Assembly: GCA_900317165.1 (NCBI GenBank)
Contig: ONFU01000001.1
Coordinates: 1 to 60,685 of the forward strand
Length of the DNA stretch: 60,685 nt
Direction: 5' to 3'
Origin: an uncultured Erysipelotrichaceae bacterium
GTDB lineage: Bacteria > Bacillota_I > Bacilli_A > RFN20 > CAG-826
Shown here one piece after another: positions 37,419 through 46,341 of this stretch. The notes beneath the pieces are model-generated. The model was not told where the DNA came from. It made no database searches and saw nothing but the letters and a program-made list of their open reading frames with translations. The translations under genes and the position numbers were made by a program. Numbering within the stretch: the first letter of the stretch is position 1; each line of letters starts with the position of its first letter.

Positions 37419-39560
37419 ATGAAGAAAAAGAAACTCACCCTCGGCATTGCGGGAGCCCTTGTGGCCGTCTCAGGTTTGGCGGCTTGCAACGAGGTTACCT
37501 ATAACGAAGGCGTAATCCTAAGTTACAAAGACAGCAGCGGAACATCGGTGAACTTCACCGCGAAGGAACTCTTCGATGATTACCTTCCCTCGAACTCCTC
37601 TGCTTCGACCGTCTTCAAAAATGTCAGGGAAGTCCTGATCCGCAACTACTACAACCAGCCGGATCAGAAAAGCGCACTAGACAAAGCCACTCGTGAGGCT
37701 AAGTTAAAAGTCAACGGCGTCCGTGAAAGTGCGCAGAAGAACGCGGATACCAACGGAACGACTTATCAAGTCGAATGGGAGAAGCTCCTTAAGAGCGAAG
37801 GCGTTGAAAACGCTGATGAGCTCTTCGATAAGAAGCTTCTAGCCGAAGAGAGCGATCTCTTCACCAAGAGCTACTACACCCAGTCGGCTTATAACGCGAT
37901 TCGCGACGGTACAAGATGGACCTCGAATGAGAACGGCAACACCAATCTCAGCACCGACGAGCTCGTTAAGAAATACGGCCCCGTCACAAAAGGTTATCTC
38001 GCCGAGAAGGCCCCATACCACGTTTCCCATATCTTGGTGAAATTGACCTCGGCCTCCAACAACGAGCACACCCAGGACACCATCTCCGAGAAGGAAGCCC
38101 AAAAGCTTTCCGCGGTTGTCAAAGGCATCGCTGGCGTCAACAATGACCAAGCCGGTGTCACACCAGCCCTCAACCGTTTGCGTTTCGGTACCTTGGCTAG
38201 CGAGCTTTCCGAAGATGATGGCTCCGCTAAGAACTACGGCGACCTCGGCATCATGGACAAGAGCACTGGTTTCGTCCCAGAATTCAAACTCGGTCTTTAT
38301 GCCTTCGACGCCCTTTACAACAAGCAAACCAAAAATGCCGCGGCTGATTCCTATCGCGCCACCGTTGCCAAGAGCATCCTCCCAGATGCCGAAGACGATC
38401 GTTATGATGCGGATGAAATCAAAACGAGCTTCAAAGATCGTGGCATCGGCACCATCCCCTATGGCGTCTTCGTCGCTTTAGGCAAGGATGAGGTTGCCAA
38501 GAACCCGAACCTCGGTTATCCAGTTAACGACAACTCCGCGACGTTCTATGCCCGTAATATCCTTTTCAATAAGTATATGAACAGCCACCAGATCGCCGTC
38601 ATCACTCCAAACGAAATCCCCTTCAACCAAGCTGTGGGCACCCGTGATGCGAGCTGGGAGAAGTTCGACCAAGCCGAAGGCAACCCAGTCTATGCGGTTG
38701 AAACCGATGCGACCACCGGTCTTCCAAACACCAAAGGCGTTCCAAGTGCGACCTATGCCGCACTTCCAGGTTTCCAAACCGACACCACCGACGTCCTCGA
38801 TGGCATTGGCAGCAACGTCCTAACCAACGAGAAAGGCCAAATCGTCATCGCCGTCCGTGCCGGTACTTCCGGATATCAGGGCATTCACTTCATCGTCGCG
38901 GACCGTTCGGCTCTCGTTGAATATGCTTCCTATGATGAGAACACCGGTGCCTTTAAGGAAATCGACAAGGCGACTTATGATGCCGGCAAGGCCACCAAAG
39001 ACGTCACCTCGGCTTCCGAGTATTACACCATGCTTGATCCGGCCCGTATCCCAAGTAACGATACCGCCGCTTCCAGCGAAGGCGCTGCCGATAAGTACTA
39101 TCCATATTACAAAGTCGGTGAGAATGACTATGCCGCCAAGTCGACATTCGTCAACAAACTCCAGACCACCGCTCCTGACTACACCGCTAACGCCGAGAAA
39201 GTCAAAGACGCGGTCAAGAGCGTCGTCACCGATGACTCCAGCTATATCTTCGAGGAATTGATGGTCAAGGGTAACGTCACCTTCGCCGATAGCGAACTCG
39301 GACGCAGCCTCGAAGAACTCATCACCACCTACATCAAGACCAGCCGCAACTCCGCGACCATTGATGCGATGGAGAGCTTCGATAAGGATTGGCGCACATA
39401 CATGGAATACCTCGATCAAGAGGATGCCGAGCGTCAAATGAACGATAAGGGCAACCAAGAGCTCATCTCTGAGGTCTGCGCTATCGGTTATGGCAGCGAA
39501 GATGCCAAGAACGGAACTGGCCTTTGGGCCAAAGGAGGTGCCTGCTATGATGGCAAATAA
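37419..39560 (+). CDS. prsA: Large PrsA-like foldase lipoprotein (parvulin-type PPIase motifs with a large insertion)
   Basis: Lipobox LAAC after KKKK and a hydrophobic segment. The parvulin start motif is HVSHILV...FGTLASELSEDDGSAKNYGDLG...FVPEF and the end motif is GYQGIHFIV. The start is ambiguous between 37410 and 37419. Confidence 0.7.
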   Translation: MKKKKLTLGIAGALVAVSGLAACNEVTYNEGVILSYKDSSGTSVNFTAKELFDDYLPSNSSASTVFKNVREVLIRNYYNQPDQKSALDKATREAKLKVNGVRESAQKNADTNGTTYQVEWEKLLKSEGVENADELFDKKLLAEESDLFTKSYYTQSAYNAIRDGTRWTSNENGNTNLSTDELVKKYGPVTKGYLAEKAPYHVSHILVKLTSASNNEHTQDTISEKEAQKLSAVVKGIAGVNNDQAGVTPALNRLRFGTLASELSEDDGSAKNYGDLGIMDKSTGFVPEFKLGLYAFDALYNKQTKNAAADSYRATVAKSILPDAEDDRYDADEIKTSFKDRGIGTIPYGVFVALGKDEVAKNPNLGYPVNDNSATFYARNILFNKYMNSHQIAVITPNEIPFNQAVGTRDASWEKFDQAEGNPVYAVETDATTGLPNTKGVPSATYAALPGFQTDTTDVLDGIGSNVLTNEKGQIVIAVRAGTSGYQGIHFIVADRSALVEYASYDENTGAFKEIDKATYDAGKATKDVTSASEYYTMLDPARIPSNDTAASSEGAADKYYPYYKVGENDYAAKSTFVNKLQTTAPDYTANAEKVKDAVKSVVTDDSSYIFEELMVKGNVTFADSELGRSLEELITTYIKTSRNSATIDAMESFDKDWRTYMEYLDQEDAERQMNDKGNQELISEVCAIGYGSEDAKNGTGLWAKGGACYDGK

Positions 39561-41178
39561 CTTCAAGAAGGCGCTTCTACTTCTTTGCTCCGCCGCGACT
39601 ATCGGTCTCGCTGGATGCGGCGAAGTCACCGCCGAACTTCCAAAGGCGCTCCAAGATGAGAAGATCATCAACATCGCCGAGGAACTAACCGGCAATACCC
39701 TCCAAGACATCTACGAATCCCTCGTCAGCTCTGGCGATTCCAATTCCGAGAGGATTCTCAACAAGATCCTCTTCGCTTATGGCGAATCCTACTTCGGCAA
39801 ATTCTATGATGATGGCAACGGCTTGGTCGACGTCTTCAACGACAACACCAAAGCCGAAGCCTTCCTCTCCAAACAGAAAGCCTTCACCAAGAAGGAAGAA
39901 GTCATCGACTTCGCTAACGCGATGGTCACCGCCATCCGCAAATCCTTCTGGGATGCCCGCAACAACTCCTCCTATCAGGAACGTTCGGTCTTCTATGAAG
40001 CGCTCTTCTATCGCGCGCAGGTCAATAATCTCTATCTCTTAGAGGATATCGCCGCGCCAAAGAGCAACATCCTCAACGGTGAGCACACCTACGAAGACGT
40101 CGATCTCTATTTCACCGACATCCTCGTCAATTACAAAGATTACATCGAGAGGAGCCTCCTCCCGACCATCTATCGCCGTGCCATCGTCAAGGATTACCTC
40201 ATCAAGAACAACTACGGTGTCCTCGGCCGTTCCTATGCCCGTAAAGTGCAATTCATCGCCCTCCCGGATATTTCCTCCTCCGCCGCGGCGACTCAAAACC
40301 TGGTCCGCGCTTTCTGTGAGCTTAGCCTCGAAGCCGATGGCGTCTCCGACGAACACCGCGACCTCCGCTATCTCGATAGGCTCTATGCCGGCACCGTTGC
40401 CGCCGATGATGCCTTCGCGACCGCGATCTATACCCGCGCCGGCTGGACCCCAAGTGCCTTTGCAAATATCGCTGGCACCACCCTCGTCGACGAATCCAAG
40501 GTCTATTCCGAGACCCTAATGGGTGCGATCGTCAAGGATTACAACGAGATCGTCACCGACCGTAACCTCACCGGTACCACCACCGACTTCACCGGTTCTG
40601 GCGCCTACACCAAGGAAATCGGCCTTGAACTCAAGGAACTCGATGTCATCAAAGCCAGCAAGGTCACCGAAGGATGGTTCACCTCCTCCTCGATGAGCGG
40701 CTTGCTTAGCGACATCAAGGACCGCTTGTTCAAGATCACCGTCGCTAACGACGTTGATAACCCCAATATCAAAGACGCTGATGGAAACGGCAAAGGAACA
40801 TTCGGCTATTATGTCAATGGCTCCTACTACATGGTCCCCGAAAAGTTCGAAAGAACCGAGGAACATCCATACGCGATCTACGATAAGAGCGGATCCACTT
40901 GGTATATCTGCCGTGTCGATCAGGCCGTCAAGACCTCGAAACTCTCCGTTGAGAGGGCCGATGCCAACTACGACGCGGACGATGTCGGACTTGGATTCGG
41001 AGAAGATGGAAAGATGACCCTCAACCAAGTCAGTTGGGAAGTCGCCGACCTCAGCGCCGATACCGATTCCTACAAGAACGCGGCCAACCAAGCCGTTGTC
41101 AAAGCCATCGCGATTGCCTATCACGATGACGACGTCTATAACTACTTCAAGAAGACCTTCCCCGATCTCTTTGATTAA
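39547..41178 (+). CDS. Lipoprotein of unknown function, translationally overlapping the PrsA-like gene
   Basis: MMANNFKKALLLLCSAATIGLAGC lipobox. AAAGGAGGTG lies 6 nt upstream of ATG 39547. It overlaps the upstream gene by 14 nt. Confidence 0.65.
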   Translation: MMANNFKKALLLLCSAATIGLAGCGEVTAELPKALQDEKIINIAEELTGNTLQDIYESLVSSGDSNSERILNKILFAYGESYFGKFYDDGNGLVDVFNDNTKAEAFLSKQKAFTKKEEVIDFANAMVTAIRKSFWDARNNSSYQERSVFYEALFYRAQVNNLYLLEDIAAPKSNILNGEHTYEDVDLYFTDILVNYKDYIERSLLPTIYRRAIVKDYLIKNNYGVLGRSYARKVQFIALPDISSSAAATQNLVRAFCELSLEADGVSDEHRDLRYLDRLYAGTVAADDAFATAIYTRAGWTPSAFANIAGTTLVDESKVYSETLMGAIVKDYNEIVTDRNLTGTTTDFTGSGAYTKEIGLELKELDVIKASKVTEGWFTSSSMSGLLSDIKDRLFKITVANDVDNPNIKDADGNGKGTFGYYVNGSYYMVPEKFERTEEHPYAIYDKSGSTWYICRVDQAVKTSKLSVERADANYDADDVGLGFGEDGKMTLNQVSWEVADLSADTDSYKNAANQAVVKAIAIAYHDDDVYNYFKKTFPDLFD

Positions 41179-41195
41179 TAGTTACGCGTAATATA

Positions 41196-41230
41196 TGCGC
41201 CCCCGCGTATGCAGGGGCGCTTTCTTTTCC
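41196..41230 (+). terminator. Intrinsic terminator
   Basis: gcgcccc...ggggcgc stem followed by TTTCTTTTCC. Confidence 0.75.
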
Positions 41231-41267
41231 TTATTTTTGGATTACAATATAGGCGAAAAGAGGAAAT

Positions 41268-41687
41268 ATGATGGAAGACGATATATTCTGTATGATCATC
41301 CGTGGGGAAATCCCCTCAACCAAGGTTTATGAGGACGAGGACGTTTTGGCGATCCTTGATATCTCCCAAGCCACAAGAGGCCATACCCTCGTTATGCCAA
41401 AAGCCCATTATAAGGACATGCTCCATTGCCCAGGCGAATTGCTCCACCGCGTCATGGACGTCGCTCAGCGCATCGGTCAGGCCGCGATCAAATCCCTTGG
41501 GGCAAGCGGGGTCAACATCCTCACGAACGCCGGTCCTTCCGCCGGGCAGACCATCCCCCATTTCCATGTCCATGTCATCCCACGTTATGATGTCGATACG
41601 GGCGGATTTGAGATTACGATGAAAGAAAATACCGACAAGGATCTTAACTTGCCGGTAATCGCCCAAGAGATTAAGGAAAAGCTCTAA
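41268..41687 (+). CDS. hit: HIT-family (histidine triad) nucleotide hydrolase
   Basis: HFHVHVIPR histidine triad; 139 aa. Confidence 0.9.
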   Translation: MMEDDIFCMIIRGEIPSTKVYEDEDVLAILDISQATRGHTLVMPKAHYKDMLHCPGELLHRVMDVAQRIGQAAIKSLGASGVNILTNAGPSAGQTIPHFHVHVIPRYDVDTGGFEITMKENTDKDLNLPVIAQEIKEKL

Positions 41688-41710
41688 TCTTTTAGATTAA
41701 AACTATTTTA

Positions 41711-41758
41711 AGGATTCCCCCCTATTCGTTTTCACCGAAGGGGGAATCTTCTTTTTCT
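41711..41758 (+). terminator. Terminator of hit; its 3' arm lies inside the last codons of convergent yhaM
   Basis: 11-bp stem (41711-41721 with 41740-41750) followed by CTTTTTCT. Confidence 0.7.
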
Positions 41759-42747
41759 GTGTACATTGGCTTATAGAAATAGCGATTGTCCATCGAGAAT
41801 ATCTTGTTGGTGAAATCGCCTTTTTCCACGCCTTCATAAGCCTTTTGGAGAATCATCATCTTCGCATCGATATCATCGATCATCGAAACGATTTGGGATT
41901 CGCGGGTCAAAGGACGCACGGCCGCACCGTATTCTGGGAGACTATGATGGGAAAGGAGGATATGCTCAAGGACGATTGCGACTTCCTTCTTATGGAAAGC
42001 AACGCTACTCTTGTCCTTCTTTTCCTCTTCGCTTAAATCATCGTAAGCGAAATAGCCTAGTTCTTTAGCACATTCATGGATGATGTTGGCCCCGATTGAT
42101 AAATGGCCCAATAGTTTGCCTTCTAGGGTATAGGAGGTCGCGATGAAGCCAGATAGCTCAATGGTTTTGCCAATATCATGAAGGATGGTCCCCGCGATTA
42201 CGATGTCGCGGTTGAGAACTGGGTAGATATCGCATAGGTGGGAGGCCAAATCCGCCATGGTGAGGGAATGGTAAATCAATCCATGGAGATAATTATGGTG
42301 ATTGCTAGCAGCCGCTGGCCAATCGCGGTACTTCTTGTAATACTTGGCAAAGACCGCTTTCGTTAATTCGGATACGGCTTCGTCTTTGATACCAGCGATA
42401 TACTTCTTCAGCCTTTCATGAAGCTCTTTGACTTCCACTGGGGCCTTCGCGATCAATTCGTCGTAATCCGCGGTCAAGATATCAAGTTTGGTGGCCATGA
42501 GAATCTTGCCTTGGAGTTTCTTATCAAAGGAATTGGCCACGAGATCGACTTCGACGTAATTCCCCTTTTCAAGGGTCACGTAATCATCCTCGGTTACTTC
42601 CCATTTACGGCAATCAAGGGAACCGGAGGAATCGCTTAAAAGAACCGTTAAATACGGTTTGCCCGCGTTATTCACGCATTTCTTGCATTCGGAGACCAAG
42701 CATCTGATAACCGAACGATCCTTGTCGTTAAATTCGTTAAGCTTCAT
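41722..42747 (-). CDS. yhaM: 3'-5' exoribonuclease YhaM (OB-fold + HD domain)
   Basis: N-terminal OB-fold, then HH-x-YLHGLIYHSL and ILHDIGK HD motifs; 341 aa. Confidence 0.85.
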   Translation of the reverse strand: MKLNEFNDKDRSVIRCLVSECKKCVNNAGKPYLTVLLSDSSGSLDCRKWEVTEDDYVTLEKGNYVEVDLVANSFDKKLQGKILMATKLDILTADYDELIAKAPVEVKELHERLKKYIAGIKDEAVSELTKAVFAKYYKKYRDWPAAASNHHNYLHGLIYHSLTMADLASHLCDIYPVLNRDIVIAGTILHDIGKTIELSGFIATSYTLEGKLLGHLSIGANIIHECAKELGYFAYDDLSEEEKKDKSSVAFHKKEVAIVLEHILLSHHSLPEYGAAVRPLTRESQIVSMIDDIDAKMMILQKAYEGVEKGDFTNKIFSMDNRYFYKPMYTEKEDSPFGENE

Positions 42748-43549
42748 TGTATTCCTCCTCTATGACCCTCTTGATATCCTCATATTTGTATCCCTTACGG
42801 GCAAGATAGGCGAAGATCTTCTGTTTTCTAATATACAAATCCTCGAATTTGAGGAATTTGTTCTTGGCGATGAAGAAATCCTTCTTCAAAGACTCCTCCT
42901 CCACGTTTTTGGGGGTTGAAGCAAGGGTCGCTTCAAGGGCCTCTGTGGCAATCTCCCTTTCATAGCCCCTGGCGATTAAAGAGGCAAGGGCCTTCGCCTT
43001 TTTCCTTGAGGAAGGTGTCTTCGATAATTTCTTGTTCAAGGTTTCGACATAACGGCAGGCGCGGTCATATTCCTTTTCGTCAGGGAAAGAGAGCTTGGCG
43101 ATGATTTCGTTTGGGATACCCTTTTCCTTCAATTTGGCGATGGTTTTGTTTTTGCCATATAGCCGGAAATCGGCGATGTCGTTGGCGTAGACTGCCGCGA
43201 ATTCCTCATCGTCGATCAAACCGTCTTCTTTTAGGCGTTTGACGATGGAACGGGCCAAATCGACATTGGCCCCCTTATGCAGTAATTTACCGAAAATGCT
43301 ATAGCTTGTATAGATTTCTTTGCCTAGGAGCCTTAAGGCATAACTATAGTATTGATCTTCGTCGACGAAGGCGAGGAGCTTCTCCATTTCCGAAACGGAG
43401 ACTTCTTTTCCTTCATATAAACGGAAATCGCTATAGGAAGATTCGGAGAGGGCGATTTTCTCCCCGGATTCGAAAATCACATACACGCCTTTCTTCTTTT
43501 TGCGGAGTTTGATTTCCTTAATGACGTCACCAATATTTTTTTCTGACAC
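42737..43549 (-). CDS. recX: Recombination regulator RecX
   Basis: 270 aa with the repeated three-helix pattern (YALRLLGKE..., IVKRLKEDGLIDDEEFAAVYA...), similar in layout to B. subtilis RecX. Confidence 0.75.
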   Translation of the reverse strand: MSEKNIGDVIKEIKLRKKKKGVYVIFESGEKIALSESSYSDFRLYEGKEVSVSEMEKLLAFVDEDQYYSYALRLLGKEIYTSYSIFGKLLHKGANVDLARSIVKRLKEDGLIDDEEFAAVYANDIADFRLYGKNKTIAKLKEKGIPNEIIAKLSFPDEKEYDRACRYVETLNKKLSKTPSSRKKAKALASLIARGYEREIATEALEATLASTPKNVEEESLKKDFFIAKNKFLKFEDLYIRKQKIFAYLARKGYKYEDIKRVIEEEYNEA

Positions 43550-44702
43550 GACTATATACCTCTATGATGCGATTATAGAAACTTTCCATCGAATATTCGT
43601 CAAGGCTTCCAAGAGCGTTTTCAATCATGGACGCATGCCTATCGGGGGAAAGGGTCAACACTTCTTCTAATTTGGCGGGGAAATCGGCTTCGTCGAAGAA
43701 GAATTTCCCGGTTTCGCCATCGACGATGGCTCCGGCGAGGTTATCGTCATAACGGGCGAGGACCAAAACCTCGGACGCCATTGCCTCCATGAAGGTTAAC
43801 CCTTGGGTTTCCGATAAGGAAGCAGAGACGAATACGTCGCCTAAATGATAATAATTCTGGGTGAGCAAAGGTTCTACCTTGCCTCCAAATATGACTTTGT
43901 CGTTGATGCCTAAAGATAAGGCGAGTTCCTTTAAGGAATTTTCCGCAGGTCCCCAGCCGACGATAAGGAATTTCGTCTTTATCTTTGGCCCCTTCTTCAG
44001 GAATTCCGCGTATCCGCGGAGCAAGACGTCAATGCTCTTTTCTTCGGCGATACGCCCAAGGGAAAGAATGACCTTCTCGTCTTTGGCGATTCCCAAAGAT
44101 TGCTTAAGGGAAGCAATCTTCTTTTTGTCGATGTTCTTTTTCGAAAAACGCGATAAATCGACTCCGGTTGGGATGACGTCTATCGTCGAATCGATTCCGA
44201 TTGAACGGAGATAGTCCTTGCTCTTCGCGCTTGGGGCGATTATTTCATCCATCAAGAAGCTCTTTCCCCTATAGAAAAGACGGACGACGTGTCTAGCGAA
44301 ACGGTCGAAATGCCCTCCCGTGACATAATAGGCATAATCCTCAATCATCGTGTGATATGTATAGATTTTGGGGATTCCTAGCCTTACCGCGACGACGTTT
44401 CCGAAGATACCGATGCCGATATCGGTTTGGATATGGACGAATTCCGGCCCGAAGTTTTCGATGATCTTCATGGCCTCTTTGTTGTAGAAAGAGGAAATAC
44501 GGTACCCATACACACGTTTTACGGCGATTCCAGGAATCCTTAGGACATCATCTTCAAAAGTAACCTCGTCATTGAAGGGGTTCGTGGTGACCACCAAAAC
44601 GGAATGGCCATGCGCCCTTAAAATGGAGGCGAGGTTCGCGGTACTTGTCGCAACCCCGTTAATCTCGGGAAGGAAGGTATCGGAAAATAGGGCGATCTTC
44701 AT
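43527..44702 (-). CDS. GT4 glycosyltransferase, diacylglycerol glucosyltransferase-like (glycolipid synthase)
   Basis: MKIALFSDTFLPEINGVATS N-terminus and the E-x7-E region (SETQGLTFMEAMA). The start is at ATG 44702, in an ATGA overlap with the upstream stop. Confidence 0.8.
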   Translation of the reverse strand: MKIALFSDTFLPEINGVATSTANLASILRAHGHSVLVVTTNPFNDEVTFEDDVLRIPGIAVKRVYGYRISSFYNKEAMKIIENFGPEFVHIQTDIGIGIFGNVVAVRLGIPKIYTYHTMIEDYAYYVTGGHFDRFARHVVRLFYRGKSFLMDEIIAPSAKSKDYLRSIGIDSTIDVIPTGVDLSRFSKKNIDKKKIASLKQSLGIAKDEKVILSLGRIAEEKSIDVLLRGYAEFLKKGPKIKTKFLIVGWGPAENSLKELALSLGINDKVIFGGKVEPLLTQNYYHLGDVFVSASLSETQGLTFMEAMASEVLVLARYDDNLAGAIVDGETGKFFFDEADFPAKLEEVLTLSPDRHASMIENALGSLDEYSMESFYNRIIEVYSRVRKKYW

Positions 44703-46243
44703 ATGGACCAGCTCTCCCATTCTCCGCCGTCGTCTTCATCGTTTTTCTTGGATTTACGTGGGGCCTTAGGCTTTTTAGGTGAGATTTCAGGCTTAAGTTT
44801 AGTCTCGGGCTTTGGCGCTTCGATAACCGGTGGCTTATCGGTTTTGGCATCGCCGCCTTGCAATTTGTTTTGCAATTGTTTGCGGGACATCTGACGGGTT
44901 TCGTACATCGTTTCCGCGGAGGCTTTCCTCTCGGTCATGGTCGACATGGTGAGGGCGATGAAGGTTTTGCGGTTCGCATAATGGATCGGCTCCTTCGGAC
45001 GGGAACGATAAAGTGCCGCGGTGACACCAGAAACGAGCAAAGGCAAATGGAAGGTCGCGGTACGCCAAAGGATTTGGGTGGAACCGAGGACGGCACCAAG
45101 TTTTTCGGCAGGGAGGACCGCTCCGTTATAAGTCGTGAAGTAATTATGGAAAAGAAGGGTATAGAAAAGTTCGGATACACCGGCGGAGCCCGGCAAAGGC
45201 AATAAGCCCGTAACCATCTGATGGAAGGCGCCCAGGAAGGAGGCCTCCATCATCTTTTGGAAGGAGAACGGCGTTTTCACACATCCGGTCTCGGCAGTGC
45301 AATAACCTTCCCATGCATTCAAGGACATACCCGCGAAATACGGGGCGCAGAACCTGCAGAAAAGAAGCAAGAGGAAAAGGATTAGGACGAGAATAACGAC
45401 AGGGATATTCGCGGAAAGCCTACGGAGCTCAATCTTGAAGTTCTCAACTTGCACGCGGAGGTTCTCTTTTGTCTGCTCGGGCTTTTTGACGATGCGTATC
45501 TTCCCCAAGAATCCGATGACGTGATTAATGATGAAATTATGGAAGCCATGCCAGAAAGACATCGTGAAAAGAAGGAAGATAACGGAGAGGTTAAGTAAGA
45601 AGCCAACGATGATCAAAGGAATCATCGGAAGCTCGAAACCGCCTATACGTATCGCCTCAATTCCTAAAATTGCATCGCGTTGGACGATAAAGGCGACGAC
45701 GTCGAATATCAGCAATGCGGTTTGGTAAAGGATAAACCACATGACGGCGATGGAGGCGGCGTTAGAGACGATGATGCCCTGACTCTTCATCGTGTAGACC
45801 TGCATGACCTGACCTCCGCTAGCCCCAGGGGTAACGTCGGAATAGAACTGTCCGACAAGGGAGGTCGCTATACCCTGATGGATTTTGTACCTACGGGTAT
45901 AAAGACGGCAGAAAATGAAGATGATGAAACCATCGATTATGTAGGAAACGACGACGATTCCAAGCATCGCCATCAAATAAACCCAATCGGCTTCGGCGAA
46001 AGCCTGGACGATGAGGGAAAAGTTCGAGTGTTCGACATCGCCGACTTTCGAAGTACCGGTAAGGGATAAGGCAAGCGAAATGCCGGTCGCGATCAAAACG
46101 ACGAGAATGTAAATTACATACTTCAGGGTTTTGTGCGAATCCTTTTTTGGTGATTCCTTACTGATTTCAAATTCTTCTGCGGCCATACGAAAACTGTCCG
46201 GGTCAATTTTAGCGCGAGCGCGCCCGAAATGAAACAGCCCCAT
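44699..46243 (-). CDS. Flippase-like (LPG-synthase-TM/UPF0104 family) polytopic membrane protein with a Lys/Pro-rich tail
   Basis: About 8 hydrophobic spans, a GASGGQVMQ motif and the C-terminal tail KPPVIEAPKPETKLKPEISPKKPKAPRKSKK. The start codon is uncertain. Confidence 0.7.
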   Translation of the reverse strand: MGLFHFGRARAKIDPDSFRMAAEEFEISKESPKKDSHKTLKYVIYILVVLIATGISLALSLTGTSKVGDVEHSNFSLIVQAFAEADWVYLMAMLGIVVVSYIIDGFIIFIFCRLYTRRYKIHQGIATSLVGQFYSDVTPGASGGQVMQVYTMKSQGIIVSNAASIAVMWFILYQTALLIFDVVAFIVQRDAILGIEAIRIGGFELPMIPLIIVGFLLNLSVIFLLFTMSFWHGFHNFIINHVIGFLGKIRIVKKPEQTKENLRVQVENFKIELRRLSANIPVVILVLILFLLLLFCRFCAPYFAGMSLNAWEGYCTAETGCVKTPFSFQKMMEASFLGAFHQMVTGLLPLPGSAGVSELFYTLLFHNYFTTYNGAVLPAEKLGAVLGSTQILWRTATFHLPLLVSGVTAALYRSRPKEPIHYANRKTFIALTMSTMTERKASAETMYETRQMSRKQLQNKLQGGDAKTDKPPVIEAPKPETKLKPEISPKKPKAPRKSKKNDEDDGGEWESWSI

Positions 46244-46276
46244 AATGATTTTAGCCTTATCATACGCGCTGGCTCT

Positions 46277-46304
46277 TTTACAAGAGCCGAAAATACGATA
46301 CTAT
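46277..46304 (+). promoter_or_regulatory. Candidate promoter (TTTACA-16-TACTAT) for the repeat-protein gene
   Basis: Hexamers lie 38 nt upstream of ATG 46342. The -35 overlaps a 7-bp hairpin ggctctt/aagagcc. Confidence 0.3.
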
Positions 46305-46341
46305 TTTATGAAAGCCGTCAACATTAGAGGAGGAATCCCCC

